From contig CAVXWZ010000001.1 in the NCBI GenBank assembly GCA_963765575.1, positions 320,001-384,000 on the forward strand: a stretch of DNA of 64,000 nucleotides, written 5' to 3'. The stretch comes from an uncultured cyanobacterium. GTDB taxonomy: Bacteria > Cyanobacteriota > Cyanobacteriia > PCC-6307 > Cyanobiaceae. The notes under the pieces are model-generated. The model had not been told where the DNA came from. It did not search any database and saw nothing but the letters and a program-made list of their open reading frames with translations. The position numbers were made by a program, and so were the translations under genes. Shown here piece by piece: positions 49,171 to 59,212 of this stretch; within the stretch, counting starts at the first letter, position 1; every line of letters starts with the position of its first letter.

Positions 49171-49251
49171 ATGACCACCGCCCTGCTGATCGCCCTGGCC
49201 GTCTCCCTGGGGCTGATGACCTGGATCATCAAGCGGCTGGAGCAGGCCTGA
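49171..49251 (+). CDS. 26-aa single-TM small protein (not in ORF track)
   Basis: MTTALLIALAVSLGLMTWIIKRLEQA*; GC3-rich codons, one TM helix plus a basic tail. Confidence 0.55.
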   Translation: MTTALLIALAVSLGLMTWIIKRLEQA

Positions 49252-49273
49252 CGCCCCAGCCCGGCGCCGGCGC

Positions 49274-50401
49274 TCAGGGGGGCAGGGAGCCGGCCAGGCG
49301 GGCACAGCCGCCAGCCTGGGCCTTGGCCGCATACATCGCCCGGTCGGCGGCAGCCAACAGCTCCTGCACCCCGCGGGCGTTGTCGGGGTAGCGGGCGATG
49401 CCGATGCTGGCTGAGAGCGCCAGATCGAGCTGCAGCTCGGCCAGGGGCTGTTCGCTCACCTGGATCAACTTGGCGGCGATCTGGCCCAGTTCCGCGTCGC
49501 CGCCGGCCTGGGACACCAGCACCACGAACTCATCGCCCCCCTGGCGGCAGAGCAGGTCGGTTTCGCGCAGCACGCCCTGCAGGCGCCGCGCCATCAGCTG
49601 CAGCACCTGATCGCCCATGGCATGGCCGTAGCGGTCGTTGACCTGCTTGAAGCCATCGAGATCGAGGAACAGCAGCGCCACCGCCCCGTGATGGCGCCGG
49701 GCCAGGGCCAGGTCCCGTTCCAGTTGCTCCAGCAGCACGGTGCGGTTGGCCAGGCCCGTGAGCTGGTCGTGGCGGGCCTGGTGGAGCACCGCCTTCTCCG
49801 CCGCGTAGCGCTCGGTGACGTCCTCGAGCATGCCCACGAAGTAGCGGGGCTTCTGGTCGGCGTCGCGCACGGTGGAGATGGCCAGGTGGTGGCGCCGCTG
49901 CTCGCCGCTGCTCACCCTGTTCCAGAGGTCGCCCTGCCAGTGCCCCCGGCTGAGCAGGCTGCCCCACAGCTCGGCATAGAAGCTCGGCCCGTGGCGGCCG
50001 GAGCGCAGCAGGTTGGTGTGCCGCCCGAGCACCTCCACGGGCCGGTAGCCGCTGAGCCGGCTGAAGGCCTCGTTGACCATCAGGATGCGGCCCTGGGGGT
50101 CGCTGACGACGATGCCCAGCCGCGACGCCTCGAACACGGTGCTGGCCAGCGCCCGTTCCTGGGCCGCCGCTTCGCTCACGGCCAGGGCCGCACGCATGGT
50201 GAGGTGGCTGTTGACCAGCGCCTGGCTGCCCAGGGCCGCCAGGACGCTGGCCCCCAGCCCGCCGGCCAGCAGCAGCGTGAGGCGGTGCTGCCGGCCGCCC
50301 GGCGCCGCCAGCAGGCCGGTGAGCAGCAGTCCCCCCGCCAGCACCAGCAGCGGCAGTGCCCGCAGGGGATAGCGCCTTCGTGGCTCGGGCGGGGTTGCCA
50401 C
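49274..50401 (-). CDS. Membrane-anchored PAS-GGDEF diguanylate cyclase
   Basis: Two TM segments, PAS (VNEAFSRLSGY, WQG), HDQLTGLANR, DLDGFK, intact GGDEF. Confidence 0.88.
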   Translation of the reverse strand: MATPPEPRRRYPLRALPLLVLAGGLLLTGLLAAPGGRQHRLTLLLAGGLGASVLAALGSQALVNSHLTMRAALAVSEAAAQERALASTVFEASRLGIVVSDPQGRILMVNEAFSRLSGYRPVEVLGRHTNLLRSGRHGPSFYAELWGSLLSRGHWQGDLWNRVSSGEQRRHHLAISTVRDADQKPRYFVGMLEDVTERYAAEKAVLHQARHDQLTGLANRTVLLEQLERDLALARRHHGAVALLFLDLDGFKQVNDRYGHAMGDQVLQLMARRLQGVLRETDLLCRQGGDEFVVLVSQAGGDAELGQIAAKLIQVSEQPLAELQLDLALSASIGIARYPDNARGVQELLAAADRAMYAAKAQAGGCARLAGSLPP

Positions 50402-50524
50402 GCGTCCGGCTCCGGGGCCCGGGCCCCCCACACGACAGCACTGGCCTAGCAGGGCCAGGCCCGCCCTGCCTGAGGTGCCAGCCGATCCTCAGGTGTCAAC
50501 CAACCATCGGGGGCCAGAGACTGG

Positions 50525-50833
50525 GTGCAGGTTGCAACCCCGCATGCCTTGGCGCCTGTTCGTCGTCCGATCCTCCAGGGTGTTGTTCTGGCGGCCGTCG
50601 TCGTTCTGGGGGGCTGGCTGCCGGCTCAGGGTGCCACGGTTCTCGATGAGCTGATCCGCGGCCATTGCCTCAAGGCGATCAGAGCTGAGGAGGAGGTGTC
50701 CGGCCTTGCGGCACCGGACGGCATGGACGCCTACACCTGCGATTGTGTGGTGGAGGAGTTCAACAAGGGCACCTCGATTGATCAGGCCATCGCCAGCTGC
50801 AAGCAAGCCGCGATCGAGGCCTTCGGCCTCTGA
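50525..50833 (+). CDS. Small secreted Cys-containing hypothetical protein
   Basis: Signal peptide; C..YTCDC..C pattern. Confidence 0.6.
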   Translation: MQVATPHALAPVRRPILQGVVLAAVVVLGGWLPAQGATVLDELIRGHCLKAIRAEEEVSGLAAPDGMDAYTCDCVVEEFNKGTSIDQAIASCKQAAIEAFGL

Positions 50834-50839
50834 AGGGGC

Positions 50840-51490
50840 GTGCTCTGGCTGCGATGGGCCCATGACCCGCCTCGGCCCGTGACCCCCTTCGCTGTGCTGG
50901 TGCTCTTGGCCTCGTGGGGCTGGGGCCAACCGCACCAGGCCCGAGCAACCGCCACGGCCATCGATGCGACCATCGATGCGGCCATCGACGCGGGCAGCGG
51001 TGGAGCCCCGGAGATGATCGTGGCCTTCGCCGAAGATCCCCACCGCAGCCTGGCCGCGGCGCGCCTGCAGCGCCAGCGGCCCAACGCCAGGCTGCTGATT
51101 CAGGGCAGCCGCTCGCTGCTGGAGCTCTCAGAGCGGCGTCTGAAGGCGGCCCGCCTGTGGTCCGATCCCCCGCCCCGGCTGCTGGAGCTGCGCGGACACT
51201 GCGACACCGTGGGACAACTGACCCAACTGGTGCCTCTGCTGGAGCGCCAGTCCGTTCCGGGGCGGCTGACCGTGGTCACCAGCCGGCCCCATCTGCAGCG
51301 CTCCGTTGCCATTGCCCATGTCCTCACGTTCCAGCGGGGCTGGCGGGTGGCTGGTGTGGCGGTTGACGAGGGCTTCATCACCCCCCAGCACCCGCTCAGC
51401 ACCCCCCGGGACATGCTGCGCGCCCTGCTCTGGCGCCTCACCGGCTGGCATGGCCGCCTCAGCCGCTGCAGCCAACACCCGCCGCTCTGA
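50840..51490 (+). CDS. YdcF/DUF218-like protein
   Basis: CDTVGQ, VVTSRPHLQRS, RDMLRA. Confidence 0.6.
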   Translation: MLWLRWAHDPPRPVTPFAVLVLLASWGWGQPHQARATATAIDATIDAAIDAGSGGAPEMIVAFAEDPHRSLAAARLQRQRPNARLLIQGSRSLLELSERRLKAARLWSDPPPRLLELRGHCDTVGQLTQLVPLLERQSVPGRLTVVTSRPHLQRSVAIAHVLTFQRGWRVAGVAVDEGFITPQHPLSTPRDMLRALLWRLTGWHGRLSRCSQHPPL

Positions 51491-51499
51491 CGCCTGCCC

Positions 51500-54040
51500 T
51501 CACACCAGCCCCTCCAGGCGGGTGGCGTCGTGGATCAGGCGCTGCAGGCGCTCCTGCAGCGACTCGTTGCTCATGCGGTTGTTGAGGCGTTCGGCCAGCA
51601 GCGGGAAAGCCAGCGGCCCCGGCCGGGGGGTGCGCTCCAGCAGCAATCGGCAGCCCAGCAGCCGCTCCAGGGCCGCCCGGATGCGGGGCAGCTCCAGCTG
51701 CTCCTGCAGCACCTCGCGGCGGGCCTGGGCCAGCAGCCGGTTGCTGGGTTCGTGGCGGCTGAACACGTCGTGCAGCAGCGCCGCACTGATCTGGATCTGG
51801 CCGCCGCTGCGGCCCTGGCCGGGGTAGCCGTTGCGCACCAGGCCGGCGATCTGGGCGATGGAGCGGAAGCGGCGGCGGCCCAGTTCCGAGAGGTTCACGG
51901 CCTGCTCCAGGTCGGCCTGCAGCTCCTCCACCTCCAGCAGCCCGTCGCCGTGCAGCTCCAGCAGCTCGGCAAACGGGTAGCCCCGCGGCGCCAGCAGCTC
52001 GAAGCCGTAGTCGTTCACCGACACCGTGAGCGTGCTGGGCCGGTGGCGCGCCAGGCGCCAGGCCCACAGGAAGCCCAGGCCCTCGTGCACGAAGCGGCCC
52101 TCGAAGGGGTAGGCGTAGAGGTGGCTGCCCTCGCGGCTGCGGCACACCTCCACCAGAAACTCGCCCTCGCGCGGCAGCCGTGAGAGCTCGCTCTGGCGGC
52201 GCAGCAGCGGCTCCAGGGCCCGCAGCTCGGGGGTGTCGAGCAGCGCTTCTCCCTCAGCCGCAGCCTCGCCCCCAGCCGCGGCAGTGCTGAGGGCCCTGGC
52301 GCAACGGTCGACCTCCGCCCGCAGCCCGGCGCTGAGCAGGTCGGAGAGGGCCATCTGGCCGCCGGCCCAGGCCGGCACGGCGGAGCTCTTCTTCGTGGTG
52401 GCCTTCACCTGGGCGGTCATCTCCCGCAGGCGCACGAACTGCAGCTGGCGGCCGGCGAAGAAGAACACATCGCCCGGCTTCAGCCGCGAGATGAAGGTCT
52501 CCTCCACATGGCCCAGCACGGCCCCGCGCACGAAGCGCACCGTGACCGAGCGACCGGCGGTGATGGTGCCGATGTGCAGCCGGTGCAGGCGGGCGACCGC
52601 CCGCTCGCGCACCACGTAGGTGAAGGGCTCGCCACCGCGGCCGGGGGCTGTGCGTTCGAGCTTGCGGTAGCGGGGGTAGGCGCCCAGGCAGTCGCCGCCG
52701 TCCTCGAGGAAGCGCAGACACCAGAGCCAGTCGCCGCGGCTGAGGCCCCGGAAACTCCAGGCCGTGCGCACCGTGGCCCACTCCCGCTCCGGCTCGAAGC
52801 CCGGCCCGCAGGCCAGGGTGGTGAGGTGCTGGAGCAGCACGTCGATCGGCGCCTCGGGGGGCCGGCGGTGCTCCACCAGGCCCGCGGCCAGGCCCCGCCG
52901 CATGGCGCTCACCTCCAGCAGTTCGAGGGCGTTGGTGGGCATGAACAGCACCTGGGAGGTGCCGCCGGGGGTGTGGGCGCTGCGGCCGGCGCGTTGCAGC
53001 AGCCGGGCCAGGTTTTTGGCCGAACCCACCTGCACCACCCGCTCCACCGGCTGGAAGTCGACCCCCAGGTCGAGGGAGCTGGTGCACACCACCCAGCGGA
53101 TGCCGCCGGCCTTCACCGCCGCCTCGATCGCCTCCCGCTCCCCCCGGTCGATGGCGCTGTGGTGCAGGGCCAGGGCGCCCTCCATCTCCGGGCAGGCGTA
53201 GCGGAGGCACTGGTGCCAGCGCTCGGCCTGGTTGCGGGTGTTGGTGAACAGCAGGGTGGAGACGGCGGGATCGAGGGCCGCCACCAGCTCCTCGTACATG
53301 CGCAGGCCCAGGTGACCGGCCCAGGGAAAGCCGTCGATCGCCTCGGGGAGCAGGCTGCGGATGCTGGTGGGGCGCTCGATGGCGGCGCTGATGATCAGGG
53401 GCTCGGGCTGGGCGGTGCCCAGGGCCGCCTGAGCCGCCTCCCGCAGGTTGCCGATGGTGGCGCTGATCGCCCAGCTGCGCAGGCCCGGCCGCAGCCCCCG
53501 CAGCCAGCTCAGGCAGAGCTCGCACTGGCTGCCGCGTTTGCTGCCCATCAGCTCGTGCCACTCGTCGAGCACCACCGCCTGCAGGCCGCCGAACAGCTCA
53601 CGGGCCTTCGGGCCCGCCAGCAGCAGCGACAGCGATTCGGGGGTGGTGATCAGGATCTGGGGTGGCTGGCGCAGCTGCCGGGCGCGTTCGCTGCTGGCCG
53701 TGTCGCCATTGCGGATGCCCACCCGCAGCGGCCAGCCCATCGCCTCGATCGGGGTGCGGATGGCCAGGGCCAGGTCGCGGCTCAGGGCCCGCAGGGGGGT
53801 GAGGTAGAGCAGGCGCAGCCCGGGGGTTGCCTGGTCGCCTGCGGCCGCCGCCTCGGCGAGCAGCTCGGCGATCGGACCCATTACTGCCGCGTAGGTCTTG
53901 CCGGAGCCGGTGGGCACCTGGATCAGGCCGCTCTCACCGCCCAGGTAGGCGTGCCAGCACTGACGCTGGAAGGGCAACGGTGACCAGCCCTGCCGCTCGA
54001 ACCAGGCCTCGATCGGCGCCAGGGCCGCGGCTGGATCCAT
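51500..54040 (-). CDS. Ligase-associated DEXH helicase (Lhr-core)
   Basis: PTGSGKT, TPLRAL, DEWH, SAT, SSLDLGVD, QRAGRS. Confidence 0.92.
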   Translation of the reverse strand: MDPAAALAPIEAWFERQGWSPLPFQRQCWHAYLGGESGLIQVPTGSGKTYAAVMGPIAELLAEAAAAGDQATPGLRLLYLTPLRALSRDLALAIRTPIEAMGWPLRVGIRNGDTASSERARQLRQPPQILITTPESLSLLLAGPKARELFGGLQAVVLDEWHELMGSKRGSQCELCLSWLRGLRPGLRSWAISATIGNLREAAQAALGTAQPEPLIISAAIERPTSIRSLLPEAIDGFPWAGHLGLRMYEELVAALDPAVSTLLFTNTRNQAERWHQCLRYACPEMEGALALHHSAIDRGEREAIEAAVKAGGIRWVVCTSSLDLGVDFQPVERVVQVGSAKNLARLLQRAGRSAHTPGGTSQVLFMPTNALELLEVSAMRRGLAAGLVEHRRPPEAPIDVLLQHLTTLACGPGFEPEREWATVRTAWSFRGLSRGDWLWCLRFLEDGGDCLGAYPRYRKLERTAPGRGGEPFTYVVRERAVARLHRLHIGTITAGRSVTVRFVRGAVLGHVEETFISRLKPGDVFFFAGRQLQFVRLREMTAQVKATTKKSSAVPAWAGGQMALSDLLSAGLRAEVDRCARALSTAAAGGEAAAEGEALLDTPELRALEPLLRRQSELSRLPREGEFLVEVCRSREGSHLYAYPFEGRFVHEGLGFLWAWRLARHRPSTLTVSVNDYGFELLAPRGYPFAELLELHGDGLLEVEELQADLEQAVNLSELGRRRFRSIAQIAGLVRNGYPGQGRSGGQIQISAALLHDVFSRHEPSNRLLAQARREVLQEQLELPRIRAALERLLGCRLLLERTPRPGPLAFPLLAERLNNRMSNESLQERLQRLIHDATRLEGLV

Positions 54041-54049
54041 GCCCAGCGA

Positions 54050-54469
54050 CTACATCCGCGACATGGCGGTGATCTTGGCCAGCTTGACGGGGTCGAGACC
54101 CTTGAGCTCCTCAATCGAGAGCAGCTTGTCGCGCACCAGGTTGGCGAACACGAACAGCAGGCCCGGCAGGCGGAAATCGAAGCGGCCCTCGATGGCGTGG
54201 CGCTGGATGCTCAGGAAGTCGTGCAGTATCCACACGCTGTCCATGTTCTCGAGGCTCTCGGCATGGGCCTGCACGGTCTGCACCAGGGCGCTGATGGTGC
54301 GCTGCTGGGCGGTGTCGAAGGCGCGCCGGGCGACGAGCTGCTCTGCCTCGCTCCAGCCGTCATCGGCCGCTGGCCGCGGCTGGCCGGGCTCCGGAGCGGC
54401 CTGGCTCGAGGCCGTCTGGAGGGGCGCTGCCGCTGCCGTGGCTGGCGATTGATCGGATGCCTGTCCCAC
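54050..54469 (-). CDS. frp: Fluorescence recovery protein
   Basis: WSEAEQ..ARRAF, WILHDFLS..RH, FDFR; downstream of ocp-crtW. Start uncertain. Confidence 0.88.
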   Translation of the reverse strand: MGQASDQSPATAAAAPLQTASSQAAPEPGQPRPAADDGWSEAEQLVARRAFDTAQQRTISALVQTVQAHAESLENMDSVWILHDFLSIQRHAIEGRFDFRLPGLLFVFANLVRDKLLSIEELKGLDPVKLAKITAMSRM

Positions 54470-54518
54470 TAATGCCCTGTCATGAACTGCTGACTTTTTG
54501 AACCTACAGCGTTCGTTC

Positions 54519-55238
54519 TCAGGCCGCGAGCGCGCCATGGTGGCGCCGGTGGCAGGCGGGAAGCTCGTACCACGGCAGGGCCGGATGGCTGTGGTGCTCG
54601 CGGTGGTAGCCGAAGTGGAAGCAGGCCAGCAGCGAGAGCGGTTCGGGCCAGGCCAGGGTGATGGCCCCGTGGGGTGCCGCCGTGGCCCGGCCGCGGTGGG
54701 GCAGGTAGGTGCCGAACAGGAACAGCTGCAGGGAGCTGAGCGCCAGGGGCAGCACCCAGACGGTGAGCACGGCCTGGGCACCGTGGCCGTGCAGGGCGGA
54801 AGCCGCCAGGGCAGCACCGCCCCAGAGGGCCACCAGCAGCGTCAGGGAGGAGGGGCTGAGATAGCCGGCCAGGAAACGCAGATACCAGCGGATCGCCCCG
54901 GGCTGACGGGGGGCGTGGAAGTCGGGATCACGGTGGCTGCCGGGGGCGCGGTGGTGCAGCAGGTGGTTGCGGCGGCAGAGCCGGTAGGGCAGGCAGGCGT
55001 AGAGGCCCAGGGCGATGCGGCCGAGACCGTCGTTGAGGCCCTGATGCCCGGGCACCAGGGAGCGGTGCATGGCGTCATGGCCAACGATGAACAGGCCGGT
55101 CTGGAGCTGGGTGCGCACCAGCACCAACGCCAGCACGACCCCCGCCGGCAAGACCGGAGCGAGGGTCAGCAGCAGCACCAGGCTGAGGCACCAGCCGCCG
55201 ATCAGCCCCAGGGCCAGGGCGGTGCCTCGGGCGATCAC
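54519..55238 (-). CDS. crtW: Beta-carotene ketolase
   Basis: QTGLFIVGHDAMH, HLLHH..DPDF, FGTYLPH, CFHFGYHREHH. Confidence 0.9.
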   Translation of the reverse strand: MIARGTALALGLIGGWCLSLVLLLTLAPVLPAGVVLALVLVRTQLQTGLFIVGHDAMHRSLVPGHQGLNDGLGRIALGLYACLPYRLCRRNHLLHHRAPGSHRDPDFHAPRQPGAIRWYLRFLAGYLSPSSLTLLVALWGGAALAASALHGHGAQAVLTVWVLPLALSSLQLFLFGTYLPHRGRATAAPHGAITLAWPEPLSLLACFHFGYHREHHSHPALPWYELPACHRRHHGALAA

Positions 55239-56188
55239 TTGCCGAGCTTGAGCAGTTCGGCGGGGGAGGCGAGCAGGTCGATGGCCACGAAATAGATCTT
55301 GTTGTCGGGATCGAGCAGGAAGCGCCAGGCCACGTTCATGCCCACGCCGGCGCCGAACCAGGGGGTCTGGACCTTGCCGGTGACCTTGATCTGGTTGAAG
55401 CCACCATCGGCTGGCTCGCTGTAGCCCCGTTCGGGGATCAGGCGCAGGTTCTGGCACTCCTCGCGGAAGAAGCGCGCGATCGCATCGGCGCCCACGATCG
55501 GCCGCTGGAATGGCGGCTGCAGGGCGCCGTCGGCCAGGAACAGCTTGATCAGATTGTCGAAGTCATTGGCGTTGAGCTGCTCCATGTAGGCGATCACCGT
55601 GGGATTGAGCACCCCTTCGATGAACACCTTGGTGCGCTTGTTCTCGGCGGTGGGCACTTCCACCGGCTCCATCATCCGCTGGCCTTCGCCCTTGCCGGGA
55701 TCGAAGCCCATGTCCACCACGAAGTTGCGCAGCACGGTGATCTGCTGGCCGGACTCCAGGCCCCGCAGGCTGGCGAGCACGGAGGCGGCGTTGGCGGAAA
55801 GCGCGTAACCGTCGGGAATCGGGGCCACAGTGCCCTCATCCATCCACACGCCCAGCTGATACCAGAAGCCCAGCTTGATGTTCACCGACCAGTTGGCGTA
55901 GGTGCGGCCGATCTCGGTGTCGGCGCGGTTGGCCAGATCACACATCGCCTGGCTCTGATCGGTGAAGGACATCGCCTTCAAGGCCTTGAGCACGGGCTCG
56001 GCGAACTGCATGCGGGCAGCGCCGGGGGCAGCGATGGTGATCGTCTTGCCCATCTCGAGGTAGGCGTACCAGATCAGGGCCAGCTGATCTTCGGCGCTCA
56101 GCAGCCTGTAGCGGGCGGTGAGGGCGGGAACGGCCTCGGCTGAGAGCGTTTCAGGAAAAATCTTGGTGGCCTTGTCCAGCGTGAACAT
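55235..56188 (-). CDS. ocp: Orange carotenoid protein
   Basis: EDQLALIW, IAAPGAA, KLGFWY, QQITVLR, LQPPFQRPIVG, VQTPWFG. Confidence 0.96.
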   Translation of the reverse strand: MFTLDKATKIFPETLSAEAVPALTARYRLLSAEDQLALIWYAYLEMGKTITIAAPGAARMQFAEPVLKALKAMSFTDQSQAMCDLANRADTEIGRTYANWSVNIKLGFWYQLGVWMDEGTVAPIPDGYALSANAASVLASLRGLESGQQITVLRNFVVDMGFDPGKGEGQRMMEPVEVPTAENKRTKVFIEGVLNPTVIAYMEQLNANDFDNLIKLFLADGALQPPFQRPIVGADAIARFFREECQNLRLIPERGYSEPADGGFNQIKVTGKVQTPWFGAGVGMNVAWRFLLDPDNKIYFVAIDLLASPAELLKLGK

Positions 56189-56275
56189 GGGGAAGGGCTC
56201 CGGCGATCAAAGGTCCAGTCCAAAACCTAGGCGGTGTCTGCCCCCCTCGCCTGGTGTGGGGACCCGCCATGGCCT

Positions 56276-57937
56276 TCAGCCCGGCGGCAGCAACGCCAGG
56301 GCGCTGGCGAGGCTGTCGGCTTCGGCGGCGAGCTTGTCGCGGCGCCAGCGGGCGATGCGGGGGAAGCGCACGGCGATGCCGCTGCGGTGGCGGCGGGAGC
56401 GCTGCAGCCCCTCGAAGGCCAGTTCGAACACCTGCAGGGGCTGCACGGCCCGCACCGGCCCGAAGCGCTCAGTGGTGTGGCTGCGGATCCAGCGGTCGAG
56501 CTCGGCGATCTCGCCGTCATCGAGGCCGGAATAGGCCTTGGCGAAGCTCACCAGCCGGCCGTCGCCATCCCAGAGGCCGAAGGTGTAGTCGGTGAAGAGG
56601 TTGGCGCGGCGGCCGCTGCCGGCCTGGGCGTAGAGCAGCACGGCATCGAGCCGCAGGGGGTCGAGCTTGTGCTTCCACCAGGGGCCCCGCCGCCGGCCGG
56701 CCAGGTAGGGCGAGTCGGCGGCCTTGAGCATCAGCCCTTCGGCGCCCGCTGCCCGGGCCTGCTGGCGCCGGCCCTCCAGCTGCTCCCAGCCCTCCAGGGC
56801 CAGCCGGGGGGAGAGGCGCAGGGGGCCGTCGGGCGGCTCCGCCGCCGGCTGGTGGGCCGCGATCAGGGCGTCGAGGGCGGCCCGGCGCCGGCTCAGGGGC
56901 CAGCCACGCCGGTCTTCGCCGTGCTGCTCCAGCAGGTCGTAGGCCAGCAGCACCGCCGGACACTCGCCCAGCAGCCGGCGGCCGGGCGCCTTGCGGCCCA
57001 GCCGCCGCTGCAGCTGGGCGAAGGGGGCCGGCCTGGCGGCCCCCGCCGGCCACACGATCACCTCGCCATCGAGCACGGTGCCATCGGCCAGCTCGTCCGC
57101 CGCGGCGATCAGCTCCGGGAAGGCGTCGTTGATCAGCTCCTCGCCGCGGCTCCAGAGAAAACTGGTGCCGCTGCGGCGGATCAGCTGGCCGCGGATGCCG
57201 TCCCACTTCCACTCGCACAGCCAGGCCGTGGCGGGGCCGTCCAGGGGCGGAGCACCATCCTGGGCCGGCGGCAGCGGCGAGGCCAGGAAGAAGGGATAGG
57301 GGCGGCTGGGGGCGGCTTCCTGGGCTCCGGCCGGGGCGACCAGCTGCTCGTAGGCCTGGGCTGAGGGGCTGAACCCACCCATCAGCCGATGGGCCAGCAG
57401 GGGCTCCTCGAGGTTGCTGAGGCGGGCCAGGGCGCGGATCACCAGCCCGCGGGCCACCCCCACCCGCAGGCCGCCGGTGAGCAGCTTGTTCACCACCAGC
57501 AGCTCGCCCGCGTCCAGTGCGCTCCAGAGCTGGCGCACCGCCGGGCCCTGCTGGTCGCCATCGAGGCCGGCGGCGCCGGGCAGCAGCACCTCCATCCAGT
57601 GCTGCAGCGATTGCTGGCTTTCGCTGCGGGGCTCCACGGTCGGGGGAGCTGCCGGCTGCAGCTGGCGCCAGAGCAGGGCGATGGTCTCGGCCGAATCGCC
57701 CACCTGGGCGTAGCAGTCGTCGAACAACCACTCGGGCAGCGTCGAACCCTCCAGGCAGATGCGACGCAGCCGCAGGCCGGTGATCAGGCGCTGGCGCTGT
57801 TTGCCCAGCAGCACCTGCAGGGCCCAGGCGGCATCGGCGGGGTCGGCGCCGGCGAAGTAGCGCACCAGGGCCTCCACCTTGGCGTTGGTGCCGGTGACGC
57901 CATCGAGTTCGGCATAGAGCGCGGCAAACCTGCGCAT
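56276..57937 (-). CDS. ATP-dependent DNA ligase
   Basis: EWKWDGIR (KxDG), LDGE, EGLMLK, WWKHK, RFPR. Confidence 0.93.
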   Translation of the reverse strand: MRRFAALYAELDGVTGTNAKVEALVRYFAGADPADAAWALQVLLGKQRQRLITGLRLRRICLEGSTLPEWLFDDCYAQVGDSAETIALLWRQLQPAAPPTVEPRSESQQSLQHWMEVLLPGAAGLDGDQQGPAVRQLWSALDAGELLVVNKLLTGGLRVGVARGLVIRALARLSNLEEPLLAHRLMGGFSPSAQAYEQLVAPAGAQEAAPSRPYPFFLASPLPPAQDGAPPLDGPATAWLCEWKWDGIRGQLIRRSGTSFLWSRGEELINDAFPELIAAADELADGTVLDGEVIVWPAGAARPAPFAQLQRRLGRKAPGRRLLGECPAVLLAYDLLEQHGEDRRGWPLSRRRAALDALIAAHQPAAEPPDGPLRLSPRLALEGWEQLEGRRQQARAAGAEGLMLKAADSPYLAGRRRGPWWKHKLDPLRLDAVLLYAQAGSGRRANLFTDYTFGLWDGDGRLVSFAKAYSGLDDGEIAELDRWIRSHTTERFGPVRAVQPLQVFELAFEGLQRSRRHRSGIAVRFPRIARWRRDKLAAEADSLASALALLPPG

Positions 57938-58036
57938 GGCCCGCTCCGGCAGGGCCGCGACGCTAGGGCGTGGGCCGGCGCGCTTCGCGGTGGGTCGATA
58001 GGCTGGGCCAATTGCAGGCACGAAACTGATCCAGCC

Positions 58037-58089
58037 ACTGGGTTGAATCTGGTCAACCGACTGATTTTGATTCAGCTGATTAACCCAGT
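58037..58089. promoter_or_regulatory. AT-rich inverted repeat between the divergent ligase and beta-propeller genes
   Basis: ACTGGGTT(G)AATC ... GATTAACCCAGT: 8 perfect bp plus 4 bp after a one-base bulge, ending 6 nt before ATG 58096. Confidence 0.45.
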
Positions 58090-58095
58090 TAAAAG

Positions 58096-59212
58096 ATGAG
58101 TTCTGATCAGGAATTGGAGCTGGTCACCCGGTTGATTCCAGCCTCCAGGGCACCGATTGAGACGACCGCCGGGCCCAGGCCTGGGCTGCGGGCGGCGGCG
58201 TCTGCGGTGTTGCTGGCGGTCTGCGCCAGCAGCCCGGCCCTGGCGTCGCCGGCAGGGCCGCCACCATCGCCGCCGCTGGTCGACACGATCCGCTGTGAAC
58301 ACAACCCGCTGATCGCGCCCGATCTCAGCCCCACGATCGGCACCAACATCAATGGCCCGTCGGTGATTCGCACCCCCGACTGGTTGCCCAACCGCCTCGG
58401 CCGCTACTACCTCTACTTCGCCCATCACCGCGGCGATTTCATCCGCCTGGCCTACGCCGATGAGCTGTGCGCTGCCTGGACGATCCATGAACCCGGCAGC
58501 CTGCGGGTTGAGCAGGCCGAGGGGTTTGTGCGCCACATCGCCTCACCCGATGTGCACGTGGACCACGCCAACCGGCAGATCCGCATGTACTTCCACGGCC
58601 CCAGGGCCAGCGGTGGCGGCCAGCACAGCGGTGTGGCCGTCTCCAGCGATGGGATCCACTTCTCGGTGCTTGGCCCCGTGCTCGACGATCCCTACCTGCG
58701 GGTGGTGGCCTGGCGGGACGCCTGGCTGGCCATCGCCAAGCGGGGCACGTTGGGGGGCGTGATCCACCGGCGCAGCGAACCCGGGCGAGCCCTTTGTCGA
58801 AGGCGCCGTGGTGATTCCCCGCATGCGGCACGCCGCCGTGCTGCCCTGGCGGGACGATCTGCTGGTGTTCTTCAGCCGCATCGGCGACGCGCCGGAGCGC
58901 ATCCTGCTGACGCGGCTGAGTTTCAGCGAGGGCTGGCAGCGGCCGCAGCTGTCCGAGCTGCGGGAGGTGCTGACGCCCCTGGGTGCCAGCGAAGGCGCCG
59001 AGCTGCCGCTGGCCCGCTCCCGCTCCGGTGCCACAGGCCCGGCGCGGCAGCTGCGTGATCCGGCGATCTTCAGCGACGGGGGACTCACGTACCTCTTCTA
59101 TGCCATGGCCGGCGAAGCGGGAATCGGCATGGCTGAACTGCGGCTGCGGCCCCTGGAGCCGCAGGCCGCAGGCCTGGTCACGGGTGCTGCAGCAGGGCCG
59201 CCTCCACCGTGA
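58096..59212 (+). CDS. Secreted five-bladed beta-propeller (GH43/GH130-clan-like) protein, +1 frameshift near 58780
   Basis: INGPSVIR..YYLYFAHH, HIASPDV, MYFHG; the second frame carries RMRHAAV, GDAPERI, LRDPAIF, YAMAGE. Confidence 0.65.
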
